Of a stretch of DNA of 64,000 nt, positions 22,958 to 34,654 are shown piece after piece (positions within the stretch are counted from its first letter, which is position 1; each line of letters begins with the position of its first letter). A program made the translations under genes and the position numbers. The DNA is from Picochlorum sp. SENEW3 (taxonomy: Eukaryota). The notes under the pieces are model-generated. The model had not been told where the DNA came from, did not search any database, and worked only from the letters and a program-made list of their open reading frames with translations. The stretch is taken from the NCBI GenBank assembly GCA_034226945.1, contig CP120455.1:620001-684000 (forward strand), in the 5' to 3' direction.

Positions 22958-24064
22958 ATGGCACGCGTTGGACCACTACCCCCTAAGAACCACATACGCG
23001 TTGGGGCAGGGCAGAATGCAAGAGTTGTCAAAAAGAAGAACTTGATAGGAAAAAAATTCTCAGAATTAAAATGGACGACGCCACATATGATGCTGCCGCA
23101 TGGGATTAGTGGGCTCGGAAGCTGCCTGCTGGGTATTCTGTTAACCTTGACGACGCTGGTGACTGGCAGGAAAGAACCAAGAGTACTGCTCACGACGCAT
23201 TTCGACAATGATGGTGAGAGACATTCATCTCTGGATACTCTTCTTGTACAAATATATCTCATATTAACCATGTGCAATTCTTTGAGTGCATTTTTTGTGC
23301 TGAACAAGGCACCAAAGTCGAATGGGTCCAGGACCTTGTTTCGCATTTCAGCCATATTTCAGACCTGTCTAGTATACTTTGCGTGGAGATTTTTCGACGC
23401 TGAATCTCTTCCTACCAACTATAATCGTGTGTTGAGTTACATTTATCAACTGGTACCTCATGGTCAACCGACGGAATTCACAGTGCTCCTCAGTGGTATA
23501 CCAACCATGGTTGACAGGGGCATGGCATGCCTCATGGTGGCGACCCTGTTCTCCTTTGGCCTAGCTATTTGGAGAAACAGAATGATTGACACGGGTATCA
23601 AGATTGGATGTTTATGTGGTGTCGGTGCGCTCACGCTCCTGAGTGGGTATCCATTGCAGTATGCATTTGGATCCTCCATGGACTGGTGGAACCGAGTGCT
23701 GGATAATTATCCGCTCCAAGCAAATGCGCTCGTCTACTTTGTCTACATTCCCGCATGCTGCGTCGTATCAATCATCATGTTTGCCGCGACGCTGTATAAT
23801 AGAAAGATACTGGGAACAACATCATTTGCCTTGCTCGTGTTCTGCAGTGTGTTTGGAATACTACTGACAACAGTCTTGTCACAAGAGCTTTATATTCCGT
23901 GCGTCTCGACACAGAAACTACTGATTGATGTAGAAGGACATGGAAAAGTTTTTGGAATTCCCACAGCCTATCTTGATACGAGCAAAGCTGCCCAAAGAAT
24001 GTGGGCAACATTATTTCCTGCTGTTGATTTCCAATTCTATGATTGCTACTACTCAGTAGATTGA
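22958..24064 (+). CDS. Multi-pass membrane protein of unknown function
   Basis: 368-aa ORF with about 7 hydrophobic helices. Confidence 0.7.
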   Translation: MARVGPLPPKNHIRVGAGQNARVVKKKNLIGKKFSELKWTTPHMMLPHGISGLGSCLLGILLTLTTLVTGRKEPRVLLTTHFDNDGERHSSLDTLLVQIYLILTMCNSLSAFFVLNKAPKSNGSRTLFRISAIFQTCLVYFAWRFFDAESLPTNYNRVLSYIYQLVPHGQPTEFTVLLSGIPTMVDRGMACLMVATLFSFGLAIWRNRMIDTGIKIGCLCGVGALTLLSGYPLQYAFGSSMDWWNRVLDNYPLQANALVYFVYIPACCVVSIIMFAATLYNRKILGTTSFALLVFCSVFGILLTTVLSQELYIPCVSTQKLLIDVEGHGKVFGIPTAYLDTSKAAQRMWATLFPAVDFQFYDCYYSVD

Positions 24065-24277
24065 ATTCAGTACATTATTTTGAATGAGTATGACATCCGT
24101 CATTGTTTCTCTTTCTCTTTCTCTCACATGTGCTCGACATATAAACCATATCATATGTATGGTTTATACATTGTATTGAAGAAGGAAAAAAGGATGACCT
24201 TCCTGGTTGACATGGAGTCCATGTGGAGGAGAGAAAGGACAGCCCTTTCTTGTCGTATTTGAAATTATATATTTAAA

Positions 24278-25098
24278 ATGCCAAGATATATACTGTATTT
24301 GACCGTATATATAGCCCTGTTTGCGCAAGAATCGCTGGGGAACTATGTGCAACGGGATTTTGTTCAAATGTCTATGCGACGGCAGATGAGCAAGGTACGG
24401 GACCATCCATTCTCATTTGAAAACTTTTAGTCATTGATACCCTACATATTGTTTAACAGGCTGTAAAGACGGACTGGTCGGACCTGACTGGGGCACACTG
24501 CCCAAAGTTTGGGGTTCAAGGCCACGCCTTGTTACCTCTTCCTGGTACATCTTCTGACGATGGAACTCTACAGAATGGGCCGTACAATGTTCAGCTGAGC
24601 TTTGATGGGGGGAGGATTGTGACGCCGTGGCTTGGATTGAAAGGACACAAGGCTCCAAAGAATCCTGTGATACATGTCGAGTTGATTAGATCTGGTGGGG
24701 CTTTGACACGGGTTCGGGCGCGTGTGATTGAGCATCATGCGAAGAATAGGCATGAATTTGGTATTCATGAGTCTGAAAAGGTCATGGGAAAGGTGATGAG
24801 GGAATTTCATGATCCAAAGGTGTGGCCAAAGCATGTTTTGATCAAGTATACGTGGAAGGCGAGGCATGAGACGGATGTGGATGCTGCCCTGATGGCTGTG
24901 CTTACGCTTGGGGTGATGGGGACGGTGTTGATGGGGATTCGATCGATGGCGTCGTATAAGAAGCATTTGGTGGAATTCTTTAATGATGTGGTTGATGAAA
25001 CAGAGGTCAGCAGTAGCAGTCATAGTAGCAGCAAGTATCATCAGCAGCAGAGGCCAATGGTGACGCCTCCGCGACTATTTAGTGCCAAGGCTGACTGA
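24278..25098 (+). CDS. NPU-like (NO PRIMEXINE AND PLASMA MEMBRANE UNDULATION) membrane protein; intron 24395-24459
   Basis: Signal peptide, W..L.G.HCP.F, F.DP..WPKHVL.KYTW and a C-terminal TM helix, resembling plant NPU. Confidence 0.8.
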
Positions 25099-25200
25099 CC
25101 ACCTCGCGTAAATATATATATATACCTTGGGTGTTGTCGAACGATGAAATGAATATGTAAACTTGTAGATGAGCATTACAGTGGCATGTATGTTAGAGCA

Positions 25201-27855
25201 TTAGAATGCATGGAAACTCAAGAGTGGGTCAACGCGTTGATGGCGCCCACGTCCTCGTCCACGGCGCCCTTTTCCTCGTCCTCGGCCACTTCGTCTTTTT
25301 ACGTATGACTTTGCGTGTTTGACCTCACACAGGCTCGATATAGCCTCATCACAGATGATGCATACCTTTGTTGGAAGTGTCTCTGACTCTGTTGATCCTT
25401 TTTTCCAATCAAGTGCAACTAATGATGCTCCGCACGAGTCGCATACTTCTCCTCGTGCAATTTTGGCTTTATGGAGAGATTTTGGAAGGTACATTAAAAA
25501 GTCACACAGTGGACAATCGACTCTCCATGAGGGTGCGCTGATTGGATCCAACACCAGGGTTCCATTGTCACATTGAGGGCAGCTTGCAAGGCCTTGTCTG
25601 GCTGGAGAGTGTCTGCAGGTTGGGTGAAAACATGTTGTACACGGCATCCCACCAGATGCTTTATCTCCAATCTTCACTGCATCTTCAAATGGGGGATTAT
25701 TGTAACAATATGGACACAATGGTGTGTTCTTTCCATCAGATCCGCCAAGAGAGAACAAGACCAGCTGAAAATCATCCAGTGGACAGGTCAGCTCCTTGTA
25801 TAGTTTGATACTTCCTCCTTGCGGCATTGCATACACTTCTTCACAGATTGAACAGTACAGTCGTGATGGACGAGACGGAATCAGCTTCATGTATCTATTG
25901 CACTTTCCGCATTTCGAAAGAACTTTGCCAGTTGATGACAGAGGAGAGAAGGATGCCTCAAACAGCGAATCCATCTTTGTGATATGGTCCACAAAATATA
26001 AGAACTTTTGACGAAACTGGTCTAAACAATGCTCCACAACAGCCTCTTTTTCTGCACCACCTTTGGCAATCAGGTTTATTTGCTTCTCGACATAAGCCCT
26101 GACAAATGGCTTGCAAAGTTCTGGGTCAATGCTCTGATAGCCTCTAACAAGAGTGATGCCGAGTTCAGTTGGCACAACTCGTCGACCAGATTCGATCGAT
26201 ACAAATCCTCTCTCACAGATATTGTTGATATGGACTGGGATAGATGCATCTGTTCCGATTCCATTCTCCTCCATGAGACCAATGAGTTCTGATTCTGTAA
26301 GATAGTCAGGAGGTCCAGTTTTTCCTGACGTCATTTCAATATCTTTCACTGGGACCGAGTCGCCTTTTTGGACACGTGGGAGGATTTTCGGAGAGACGGC
26401 TTTCCAGTGCATGATGGTTGTGAATCCCGGGCTGACAACTGATGTTCCATGTGCAGAAAAGGTTTCATCCCCAGCTTTCAGAACCATCTTGGTGCTCTTG
26501 GTTATACAATCTCTCGATAATGATCCCAGAAAACTCCTGCATACAAACTCGTAGAGACGCCACGCGTCTCCACCCAGCATATCTTCTGTTGCTCCTCTGA
26601 CCGGAGTAATTGGAGGATGGTCACCAGCATCGACTCCTCCTTTTGTTCTGATGGTTCCCTGAAGCAATGATGACGCATACTCTCCCCAGATAGGATTACT
26701 ACACTGTCCTACTAATATTTCTTTAAAGTTAAAGTTTGGCGGATATGCTGAACTCTCTGTTCGTGGGTATGATAGGAATCCACTAGTGTACAGCCTCTCC
26801 GCCACTTGCATGCAGTGCTGGGGGCCCATGCCAAGGCTAGAAGACGCTGCCTTTAATAACGCTACTGTATTGAGCCCTGGAGGTGCCCCCTTCCTCTCCT
26901 CCTTTTCCACAACGTCAATCACTTTAAAATGTGGGTGCTCTAACAGAGTCCTTCTGAAGTACTCGCACACCTTTTCATCAAATATTCGTCCTCTAGACCA
27001 TTCCAAAGCAACGGGTTGTCCAGAGCACATGACGCGCGCATGAATCGTCCAAAACATTTCAGGCTGAAATGTCTGAATGGCCTGATGGCGTTCGACACAA
27101 AAGTTTAATGTCGGGGTCTGACATGGACCATACGAAATGACACTAGAATCCAAATTTCCATACTTTGATTGGAAAAACCTACTCTGATACCTAGTGAATG
27201 CCACGCCAACCTTTAAATCTAGTTCTTGGCGCGCATCGACAGCCAATGATTCATTTTTGTTTGGCTCTACCAGCTTTTTCATGGCACCTTGAATCTCTTG
27301 AGCACTGAGTGCTGAGAACTTTGCTCGAAAGATCCTTTGCTTCTTCAAAGCCGGTACACTGGGGGGAGCGAGATATCGAGCTGTGTTATCTATCACTTCA
27401 AAGCAAATATTCTCCCCCTCACGATCGCAATCCAACCATAAAATGAGTGCATCCATCCCTTTTGCCTCTGTTTGCAAGTGCTTGCACACTCTAGCTTTTG
27501 GATTCGCCTCATTCTTTACTGTTGGGGCATCAAACAACGTAACAGGATCTGTCTTTTCCCAGTTCTGATACTCTTTAGGAAAGTCAATCGACAATACATG
27601 CCCAATCACAGATGTCATTTTGAACAGACATGATTGGCCAAGGAATGTACCCTCGAAAGTATGCACATCCAGATTTGTATTCCGACTATGATACTGCAAG
27701 CATAATCAAAATTTGTACTCTTCATTGAACCATTCATTCATCACTGCGTTGTGTCGAAATCAGACCCAACCAACCTTGCCACGACTCAAATGCTCTGCTA
27801 TGGATTTCGCTAGACTTGGCTTTTCAGCCACCATGAGGATTTTTAATTGACCCAT
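25201..27855 (-). CDS. TOP3B: DNA topoisomerase III beta; exon 1 27855-27775, intron 27774-27694
   Basis: MVAEKPSLA TOPRIM start, DCDREGENI, SYPRTES (catalytic Tyr), CxxC zinc ribbons and an RG-rich tail. Confidence 0.96.
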
Positions 27856-27893
27856 TATGCAGATCCGTAATTATAACATTGTGTTGAAAATAT

Positions 27894-29312
27894 TTAATGG
27901 GGTTCTGATTTGATTCTTTTGCCTGAGGAGTACGACTTATTGGGTGGAGTCTCAATCTTGAGGTCTTCTTCATCACTCGTGTACCAACAGTCATCCTCAT
28001 CAGATGATGACGACACCGCATCTCGCTCCCTCAGTTTCTTCTTCACACTAGCCAACTCTGATATGAACAGAGTATTATGAGCCCATCCCGCGTATTCTCC
28101 AAACCGCTTGACGAATGCCTCTTGAACCTCAGGGTGGTACTTTGGGCTGTTTGTTTTACCACGAAGATGTGGCGTGTAATGCTTCAGAGAAAACTGCCAT
28201 ACATGCGTGTCGACTGGAATGGAACTGTGCTTGTCCAGGGAAAAGAGCGCAACGCAAGCAGCGACTTTTGGGCCCACCCCGGGCAAGATGCATAGTTCCT
28301 CAATGGCCTCATCAAAGCCTACATTCCGCAGTTGTAGAAGCCATTCTCGACCTCCCTCTGGCATATCACGCAACGTCTGCACAGATCCTTCGATAAATTT
28401 TGCTCGATATCCAAAACCTGCGTCTCTAAGATCGTCTTCTCGCGCACGTTGCAAGTCATCGAGAGTGGGAAAGGCGTAAAAATCACTTGAACCATACAAT
28501 TCCTTGTATGTTCTAATCTCCTCTGCAGACTCATCAACATGCAACTTTGTCCCATACATGGACGCCATTTTATTCACCATACCGTGAATTCTCGAGATGT
28601 GGTTATTTTGGCTACAGATAAATGAAAACAGGCATTCTACAGGATCCTGCCTCAGCATCCGTGCTCCTGGTATGACATTGTACATTTTCCTGAATATTGG
28701 ATCTACAAGACACCATTCCTCGCTGAGGGCCGTCAACGGTACCCTTCCTAAATTAAAGTAGTCTTCAATCAGTTCTGCGATGTCCGGTTGACCCCCATCC
28801 TTGTTCAATACTTTGTACCAAACTTCGTCATCAGACTGTTTCAGTGCCAACACATGCTTACCCAGTACACCCACATACTCACAATCGTCTGGAGAGATAC
28901 TTCTCCATCGGAATGACTGACCAATACTCATCGTAAACTCTAGCGTGAGCTCTGTCCTTGGAGTTCCCAATGGTTGCCACGATGGCGGGGCAGAACTATT
29001 TCCTATAATTGGCTCACCCATTGTTCCGAAAGCATGACAGCATTGTGTCGCTGGATCCACCTTGATCCTCTTCCTTCTCATTCTCTCCGGTGTATATCTT
29101 TTATTACTGCTATTGCTTGTCCCCGCGGGTGTTGCGGAGATTGGAAAATCAAGTCCAATTGTGAAAAAGCGTTCAAATGGTTGCCGCCAAAACCGGATGC
29201 TTGGAACGACTCTAGGAGTTTGATGGCTGCATAAATGATGTATATGTAACAACATAGTATGATTTATGGTGCGTATAGGACGATATCCACAACTATAGCG
29301 GTGGAAGAGCAA
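27894..29312 (-). CDS. OGG1: 8-oxoguanine DNA glycosylase/lyase (true start probably further downstream)
   Basis: GQSFRW, LRQDPVECLFSFICSQNN, GFGYRAK, HhH LPGVGPKVA, PVDTH and YAGWAH. Confidence 0.95.
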   Translation of the reverse strand: MLFHRYSCGYRPIRTINHTMLLHIHHLCSHQTPRVVPSIRFWRQPFERFFTIGLDFPISATPAGTSNSSNKRYTPERMRRKRIKVDPATQCCHAFGTMGEPIIGNSSAPPSWQPLGTPRTELTLEFTMSIGQSFRWRSISPDDCEYVGVLGKHVLALKQSDDEVWYKVLNKDGGQPDIAELIEDYFNLGRVPLTALSEEWCLVDPIFRKMYNVIPGARMLRQDPVECLFSFICSQNNHISRIHGMVNKMASMYGTKLHVDESAEEIRTYKELYGSSDFYAFPTLDDLQRAREDDLRDAGFGYRAKFIEGSVQTLRDMPEGGREWLLQLRNVGFDEAIEELCILPGVGPKVAACVALFSLDKHSSIPVDTHVWQFSLKHYTPHLRGKTNSPKYHPEVQEAFVKRFGEYAGWAHNTLFISELASVKKKLRERDAVSSSSDEDDCWYTSDEEDLKIETPPNKSYSSGKRIKSEPH

Positions 29313-29422
29313 ACGAATGTCCCTAAATAAGGCTTTTGTGTACCGAGATCGACGTTGATATACATGTCATCGCGGAGCGATGACCCATTAAGTTACGTAT
29401 ACAACCATTTTTCTAATTCTTC

Positions 29423-32299
29423 ATGTCGAGGACTGCTCCTCAAGGCGACTACCGCCCGTGTACTGGGCCATGCTTGTACACTTGGTGCCTAGTTCTGTTT
29501 CTCCTCAGCTTTCTGAGGCCTCTGAATGCATTATACAGAGACCAAGATGGTAAATATAATTGGATTAGTCAACATATTGGGCAATATAAGGCTGTTGCAG
29601 CGTGTGGGAGCCGCATGGCTGTCATGACTGATGACGGTGTTCTGGCTAGCTTGAATCCACGCGATGGACAGATATACTGGCGGAAAGTATTTGAGGACGG
29701 TGAGAAGATCCATAGTATATCTTGTGCCCGGATGGCAGTTGTTGCAGTGACATCGAATGCGTTTTCCTCGTCTCGAGTGCGAGTTTTCTCAGAGCAAGGA
29801 AGCCAGATGTGGGAGCATATATATGGGCCCTTGTCGGGGAGCTCAGCGTTACGAGCTGTCCTGGTGAATGCTTCAAATGGATATAGCGTCGTGGTTGGTG
29901 CGCCAGGGTTATTGCAATCCAGAGCTTTACAGACTGGTGCATTGGAATGGGAGCATGATCAGGTGACTGCAGGTGCACTCGAGGTGTTAATTCAAATCTC
30001 GGAAGCCGATAGTCTCCTTGTTGGATTGTACACGAAAAATACAATGGCATTAAACAAAGTGAGGATATCAGATGGAGGGATTATTGAGACAGAGTTGAGT
30101 AGGGATTTGCCAACAGAGTTGCGGATTGGAGAAGCAGTTTTGACAGATGTAGGGCTTGCAGCATTGTCGGCCGATGGTGCCAAGATCGGCCATGCCTCAT
30201 TTGGCAATATGAATGGGGGTTGTGTGTCTGTTGGAGATGGGGGTATTGAAGAGGTGAAAGCAGGTTGTGATGGGACACTGGTTACAAGGACCTCCACAGG
30301 TACAACTGTGCTTCAAGTGTCACAGGATGGAAAAAAGCTCGACGCAATTTTCTCGACCCTTCATCGAGGACAGATTTCAGAATGTGTTGAGAGTAAAGTT
30401 GCGATTGCTGTCGAATCGGGTGAAGGGTTATTCGTGCTGCAGTTTGATAACTTGAAGCAGTCTGAGCTTGTGCGACTGGAAGCCTCACCACGGTATTATG
30501 ATGGAGTACGAATGCAGCCTTCTTTGGTGGGTTTGCACAAGAACTCTCGATGGTTTGTTCAATTTAATGAAGGAACGACACTTTCTGGGTCCATGAGAAG
30601 TAATGCAGCAACCCTGCACCTAGAATGGAGCAGATTTGATGGGTTGGCATACACAACTGACTCGATGTTTGCAGACTTGCCAGAGCCAAATGCGGCAAAT
30701 GAGGAAGAATGGCAAAAACGACAGCCATCACTATCAAAGAGACTTTTCGCGCAGTTGATCATTCTGAAGACGCAGCTTGGAATGGGAACCCCAAAGGACA
30801 TCCAGTTGATTAATGAGCACAAGGCAGTCACCAGCAACCTCTTGCGGCCAACAATGGATGTAGATGGGTTTAGACGACAGATTATTGTCACGTGCAGCAA
30901 TGGAAAAGTAGCATCTTTACATTCTGGAGATGGAAGAGTGCTGTGGGAAACGAATTTCCCAAGGACTGATGGAGTTGAATTCAAAGTGCACCCATGGTTT
31001 GAGTCTGAGGCTGAACGTGTGTTGGCAGTTTTCGCAATTTCAAAAGACAGTACTCACGTATACTTGGTGGACACATATAGCGGTCATCTTGTGGAAGATT
31101 ATGCAGAGATTAAATCGAACGGTTCCCCATTGAACGTTGTTCCTGTGGAACCCATTGCCAAGAATCATGGAGAGCAACATGTATTTGCTCTTGTCGATAT
31201 CTCTGACAACGTCATTGATATAGCGCCAATGAATGACCCCGCGGCCAAGGAACATTTTGAAACAAAGTCGCAGTCCATGGTCAAATGGGGAGTTTCACAG
31301 GATAAAAAGAGCGTGTATGGAGTTAGACTGACATCATCTGGACCATCTCCAGTACTATGGAAGTTCCGAGCAGCAGCAACTGATGATGTAAAGATTCTGG
31401 ACATTTCTTCTCGAGACAAATCCGAGGCAATATATTCAGCAGCAAAACCAATATATGGAGGAGGCGTACTCATCAAGAATGTGAACCCAAACATGCTGCT
31501 TGTGATCACAGGGACAGGCACACCTACCTCAAAGATCACTGCCACCGCTCTAGATGCCATCAGCGGCAAAATTCTATACTCACAAGAGCACAAGAGGGCC
31601 ACAGGACCAATAAAAAGTATTCTATCTGAACACTGGGCAGCGTACAATTACTGGAATGAGGAACAGGGAAGATGGTACATTGGCGTGATTGACACCTATA
31701 TTGCCCAACCAGCTGATCTCACTGCAGCCAGTCTTCTCCTGTCGTCACACCACGGAAATAATACAGTGAGCGCATACGATGAAATGCCAGGACTCATCAT
31801 AGAATCACAGAGTTTTAGGACAAAGTATGGTGCATCATGTCTATCAGTCACACAAACAGCTCATGGAACAGCAGCAAAGATGCTCTTGTTTGGAACCACA
31901 TCGGGTCAAATCATGTCCATAGATCGACGAATGATTGACCCTAGAAGACCAAAAGTTCTTCCTGGTACCAAACCCACGCCACAGCAGGCGTATGAACGAC
32001 TCCCTCCATTCCATCCAGAACTCCCAGTCAATGGGCCATCATTCATTACCCTGTACCACACAATAGAGAGGTTGAAGAGCATAAAGGCATCAGCAGCTAT
32101 ATTAGAATCATCTTCTTTAGTATTTGCCCATGGCCTTGACTCGTATTTCATTCGCTTACAACCGTCTCGAGGATTCGACATGGTTCCAGATGATTTCCCT
32201 CATGCTCTCCTCGTCTTCATGGTCCTCTTCTTGGCAGCAGCCTTGGCCATTCTCAGAGCAATCATACAAAAGAGGACATTAAAACTAAAATGGCAATGA
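29423..32299 (+). CDS. EMC1: ER membrane protein complex subunit 1
   Basis: Signal peptide, LY.DQ.G..NW, PQQ-like propeller, DGFRR, DPRRP, LESSSLVFAHGLD, PSRGFD and a C-terminal TM helix. Confidence 0.93.
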   Translation: MSRTAPQGDYRPCTGPCLYTWCLVLFLLSFLRPLNALYRDQDGKYNWISQHIGQYKAVAACGSRMAVMTDDGVLASLNPRDGQIYWRKVFEDGEKIHSISCARMAVVAVTSNAFSSSRVRVFSEQGSQMWEHIYGPLSGSSALRAVLVNASNGYSVVVGAPGLLQSRALQTGALEWEHDQVTAGALEVLIQISEADSLLVGLYTKNTMALNKVRISDGGIIETELSRDLPTELRIGEAVLTDVGLAALSADGAKIGHASFGNMNGGCVSVGDGGIEEVKAGCDGTLVTRTSTGTTVLQVSQDGKKLDAIFSTLHRGQISECVESKVAIAVESGEGLFVLQFDNLKQSELVRLEASPRYYDGVRMQPSLVGLHKNSRWFVQFNEGTTLSGSMRSNAATLHLEWSRFDGLAYTTDSMFADLPEPNAANEEEWQKRQPSLSKRLFAQLIILKTQLGMGTPKDIQLINEHKAVTSNLLRPTMDVDGFRRQIIVTCSNGKVASLHSGDGRVLWETNFPRTDGVEFKVHPWFESEAERVLAVFAISKDSTHVYLVDTYSGHLVEDYAEIKSNGSPLNVVPVEPIAKNHGEQHVFALVDISDNVIDIAPMNDPAAKEHFETKSQSMVKWGVSQDKKSVYGVRLTSSGPSPVLWKFRAAATDDVKILDISSRDKSEAIYSAAKPIYGGGVLIKNVNPNMLLVITGTGTPTSKITATALDAISGKILYSQEHKRATGPIKSILSEHWAAYNYWNEEQGRWYIGVIDTYIAQPADLTAASLLLSSHHGNNTVSAYDEMPGLIIESQSFRTKYGASCLSVTQTAHGTAAKMLLFGTTSGQIMSIDRRMIDPRRPKVLPGTKPTPQQAYERLPPFHPELPVNGPSFITLYHTIERLKSIKASAAILESSSLVFAHGLDSYFIRLQPSRGFDMVPDDFPHALLVFMVLFLAAALAILRAIIQKRTLKLKWQ

Positions 32300-32357
32300 A
32301 TATCTTCTTACTGTAATAGTGTAATACTATGTTATTATATCAAGACGTTCATGCATG

Positions 32358-33416
32358 TTATTTTTGAAACACCACAGCACCTGCCAATCCAGCATGCTCA
32401 ATGGTCTCATCGACATCCACCAAATCTTTCGTCGGAAACGATGTTGTCAGCCTAAACGCATTCCCTAATTCCGGACGCGTGCTCATCAAGAACTGCCGAA
32501 TGTTCCCAACCGTCTGCGTCAGGTTGAACTTGGCAACCAACCTGCTCCCATCTGCCAACCGAATTTGAACAGAGGTTGTTGGCTTTGATTCATCCGGGCC
32601 TTTCCACATACCCTGCGGCACATCAACAGCAGGAGCTTTCTCTTCCTCTTGATTTGAGGCAGCAAGCGTATGTCCCGTGCCTGCAAACGCCCTATACTTG
32701 GGCTCTGCTGGAGGCTCATAGTCTTCCTGCTTCCTGACCAAATTAATATTAATAGCAGTCCGTGGATCCTCTGGGATCAATTCAGGAGGACACTGTCCCT
32801 CCATAATAGATTTCATAAACATGGCATTCGCAGGATCCTGTATCTGACGAGGCTCCCCATCATTCACAGTAAACACACCATTTGCATAAAATGTAACTGT
32901 GGCTGTCACCTCTCCAGGCCCCTCGGCCTGTTCACTCGCCGGTGCCCCCACTGGTATCCCCGACAATGTCTGCCCCCTTCCCGTAAACGACTGAAATCCT
33001 CTCTGAGCTGTAGACGACATCAAATCACCCTCTCGCCCCAACTCTGCCCCAGCTTCCCTCGCCTTTTGAAACAGCGCTTCCAAGTCACCACCCTCCCCAG
33101 GAGGTCCTCCTTGCACAATCTGACCACTCTTCTCCCCTCCCACATAGTAATCATTCCCTTCCTTGTTCCTATCGTCCCCACCATCCCGCAGATCATTCAG
33201 ACTCGCAATACCTCCAGAACGCTGACGATTCCCAACTCCACGAGAACCTCCTGGCGCCCCTGCAGCCCCACCGCTCGTCCCAGCACCCTCAGTATTATAA
33301 AATTCTGAAATAGCACTCTCGATATCCCCGTTTGCTTTTGAAAGACACCGTATTGCTGTCGCTCTGTTTGAATTCGTTATACTGATGAAATCGGCAATAT
33401 TCTTCTCATCCGCCAT
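32358..33416 (-). CDS. p47/Shp1-like CDC48 adaptor (UBA-SEP-UBX; plant PUX3-5 type)
   Basis: UBA-like N-terminus, YYVGGEKSG, SEP domain, SHP boxes F.G.G.TL and UBX with IRLADG..TSFP. Confidence 0.92.
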   Translation of the reverse strand: MADEKNIADFISITNSNRATAIRCLSKANGDIESAISEFYNTEGAGTSGGAAGAPGGSRGVGNRQRSGGIASLNDLRDGGDDRNKEGNDYYVGGEKSGQIVQGGPPGEGGDLEALFQKAREAGAELGREGDLMSSTAQRGFQSFTGRGQTLSGIPVGAPASEQAEGPGEVTATVTFYANGVFTVNDGEPRQIQDPANAMFMKSIMEGQCPPELIPEDPRTAININLVRKQEDYEPPAEPKYRAFAGTGHTLAASNQEEEKAPAVDVPQGMWKGPDESKPTTSVQIRLADGSRLVAKFNLTQTVGNIRQFLMSTRPELGNAFRLTTSFPTKDLVDVDETIEHAGLAGAVVFQK

Positions 33417-33600
33417 GATTATTATTAGCCTGATTTACATACAATTCTGATGCATTAGTAATACAGAGCTGGAATGCCAGTTTTTTTTAATGGCCCATGG
33501 AGATGCCTCCGAGCTCGGAGATAAAATGGTCTTTTGCTGTTGGGATCTTTGAATTGCGCCCACGATCGTGAGTGCTTGCAAGACAAATGTCGACGTCGGT

Positions 33601-34650
33601 ATGGAAAACCCAGTCATTACATATTTTATAATGATATCGCAAGGTTTCCATTCTCCTCAGCTTGGTAAAACTGCTAGGCACTCCCACAAGAGACAGTATA
33701 ATACTGCGAGTAGAGTAGAGTTCCAGAACAACACGTGTGTTCCTTTCCCCGTTCTGCAAGTTGCTGCTCGGAACAGAAGAGACGACGAGGAAGGCATTCT
33801 GGATGCCCAGGAACTGATTGCTCAGTGTGTTGTAATCTCTGCCATCGTGGCGTGTATCCAATACGTTCCTGGGGTGCAGGCGTATGAGAATGTTCGAGTT
33901 GAAGATGTTGAGAATGACATCTTACAGGCTGGATTGTTGGCTGCCGAGGCGAAAAACTACGAGGCTGCTGAGCGTTTTTTTCAGACGTATTTGAAGCAAG
34001 AAGATCCCAATAGTGCATCTGGGTATAGTAATCTAGGGAATGTGCATATGCAGATGGGCAAGACAAGATTGGCATTGGAGGATTATAATCATGCTGTTGC
34101 ATTGGCACCAGAGGCTGCTGTGCCGCTGCTGAACAGAGGGTTGGCATATGAGCAGCTCGGAGTGCAGTATGAGGCATCAAATAATATGTCAAAGGCGAAT
34201 GATGCATGGGAACAGGGAAGGTTGGATTTGAAGACTGCAATTCAATTGGATCCTCAAGAGTTTGCTGCATATTATGATTTAGGTTTGATTGAAATGCGGT
34301 TGCAGCGTTATGATGATGCATCGGTACATTTGCAGCAGGCAGCGGATTTAGCTCCTGGTATTGCAGGATATAGGGTGCGATCAGCAGCGTTGCTTTTTCA
34401 GACTGGAGATGATCAAAAGGCGGCGTCTCAGCTACGCGGGGTTGTCCGCAAGTATGGAAATTATGCCGAGGCGCATGCTGCATTGGCATCTGTTTTAAAG
34501 TCTCAGGGAAAGTTTGGGCAGGCTGAGGAAGAGATTGCCAAAGCTGTTGAGTTGGATCCATTGTGGGCAGACCCAGTTGAGGTGAAGAAGAACACTCGCT
34601 GGCCTCCAAAACTGTATGCAGCGCATGAGCAATTGATCAAAATTTCGTAA
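33601..34650 (+). CDS. TPR-repeat protein, probably plastid/thylakoid
   Basis: Multiple TPRs (YSNLGN, LLNRGLAYEQ, YAEAHAALA) and C-terminal RWPP; start uncertain. Confidence 0.8.
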   Translation: MENPVITYFIMISQGFHSPQLGKTARHSHKRQYNTASRVEFQNNTCVPFPVLQVAARNRRDDEEGILDAQELIAQCVVISAIVACIQYVPGVQAYENVRVEDVENDILQAGLLAAEAKNYEAAERFFQTYLKQEDPNSASGYSNLGNVHMQMGKTRLALEDYNHAVALAPEAAVPLLNRGLAYEQLGVQYEASNNMSKANDAWEQGRLDLKTAIQLDPQEFAAYYDLGLIEMRLQRYDDASVHLQQAADLAPGIAGYRVRSAALLFQTGDDQKAASQLRGVVRKYGNYAEAHAALASVLKSQGKFGQAEEEIAKAVELDPLWADPVEVKKNTRWPPKLYAAHEQLIKIS

Positions 34651-34654
34651 CATA

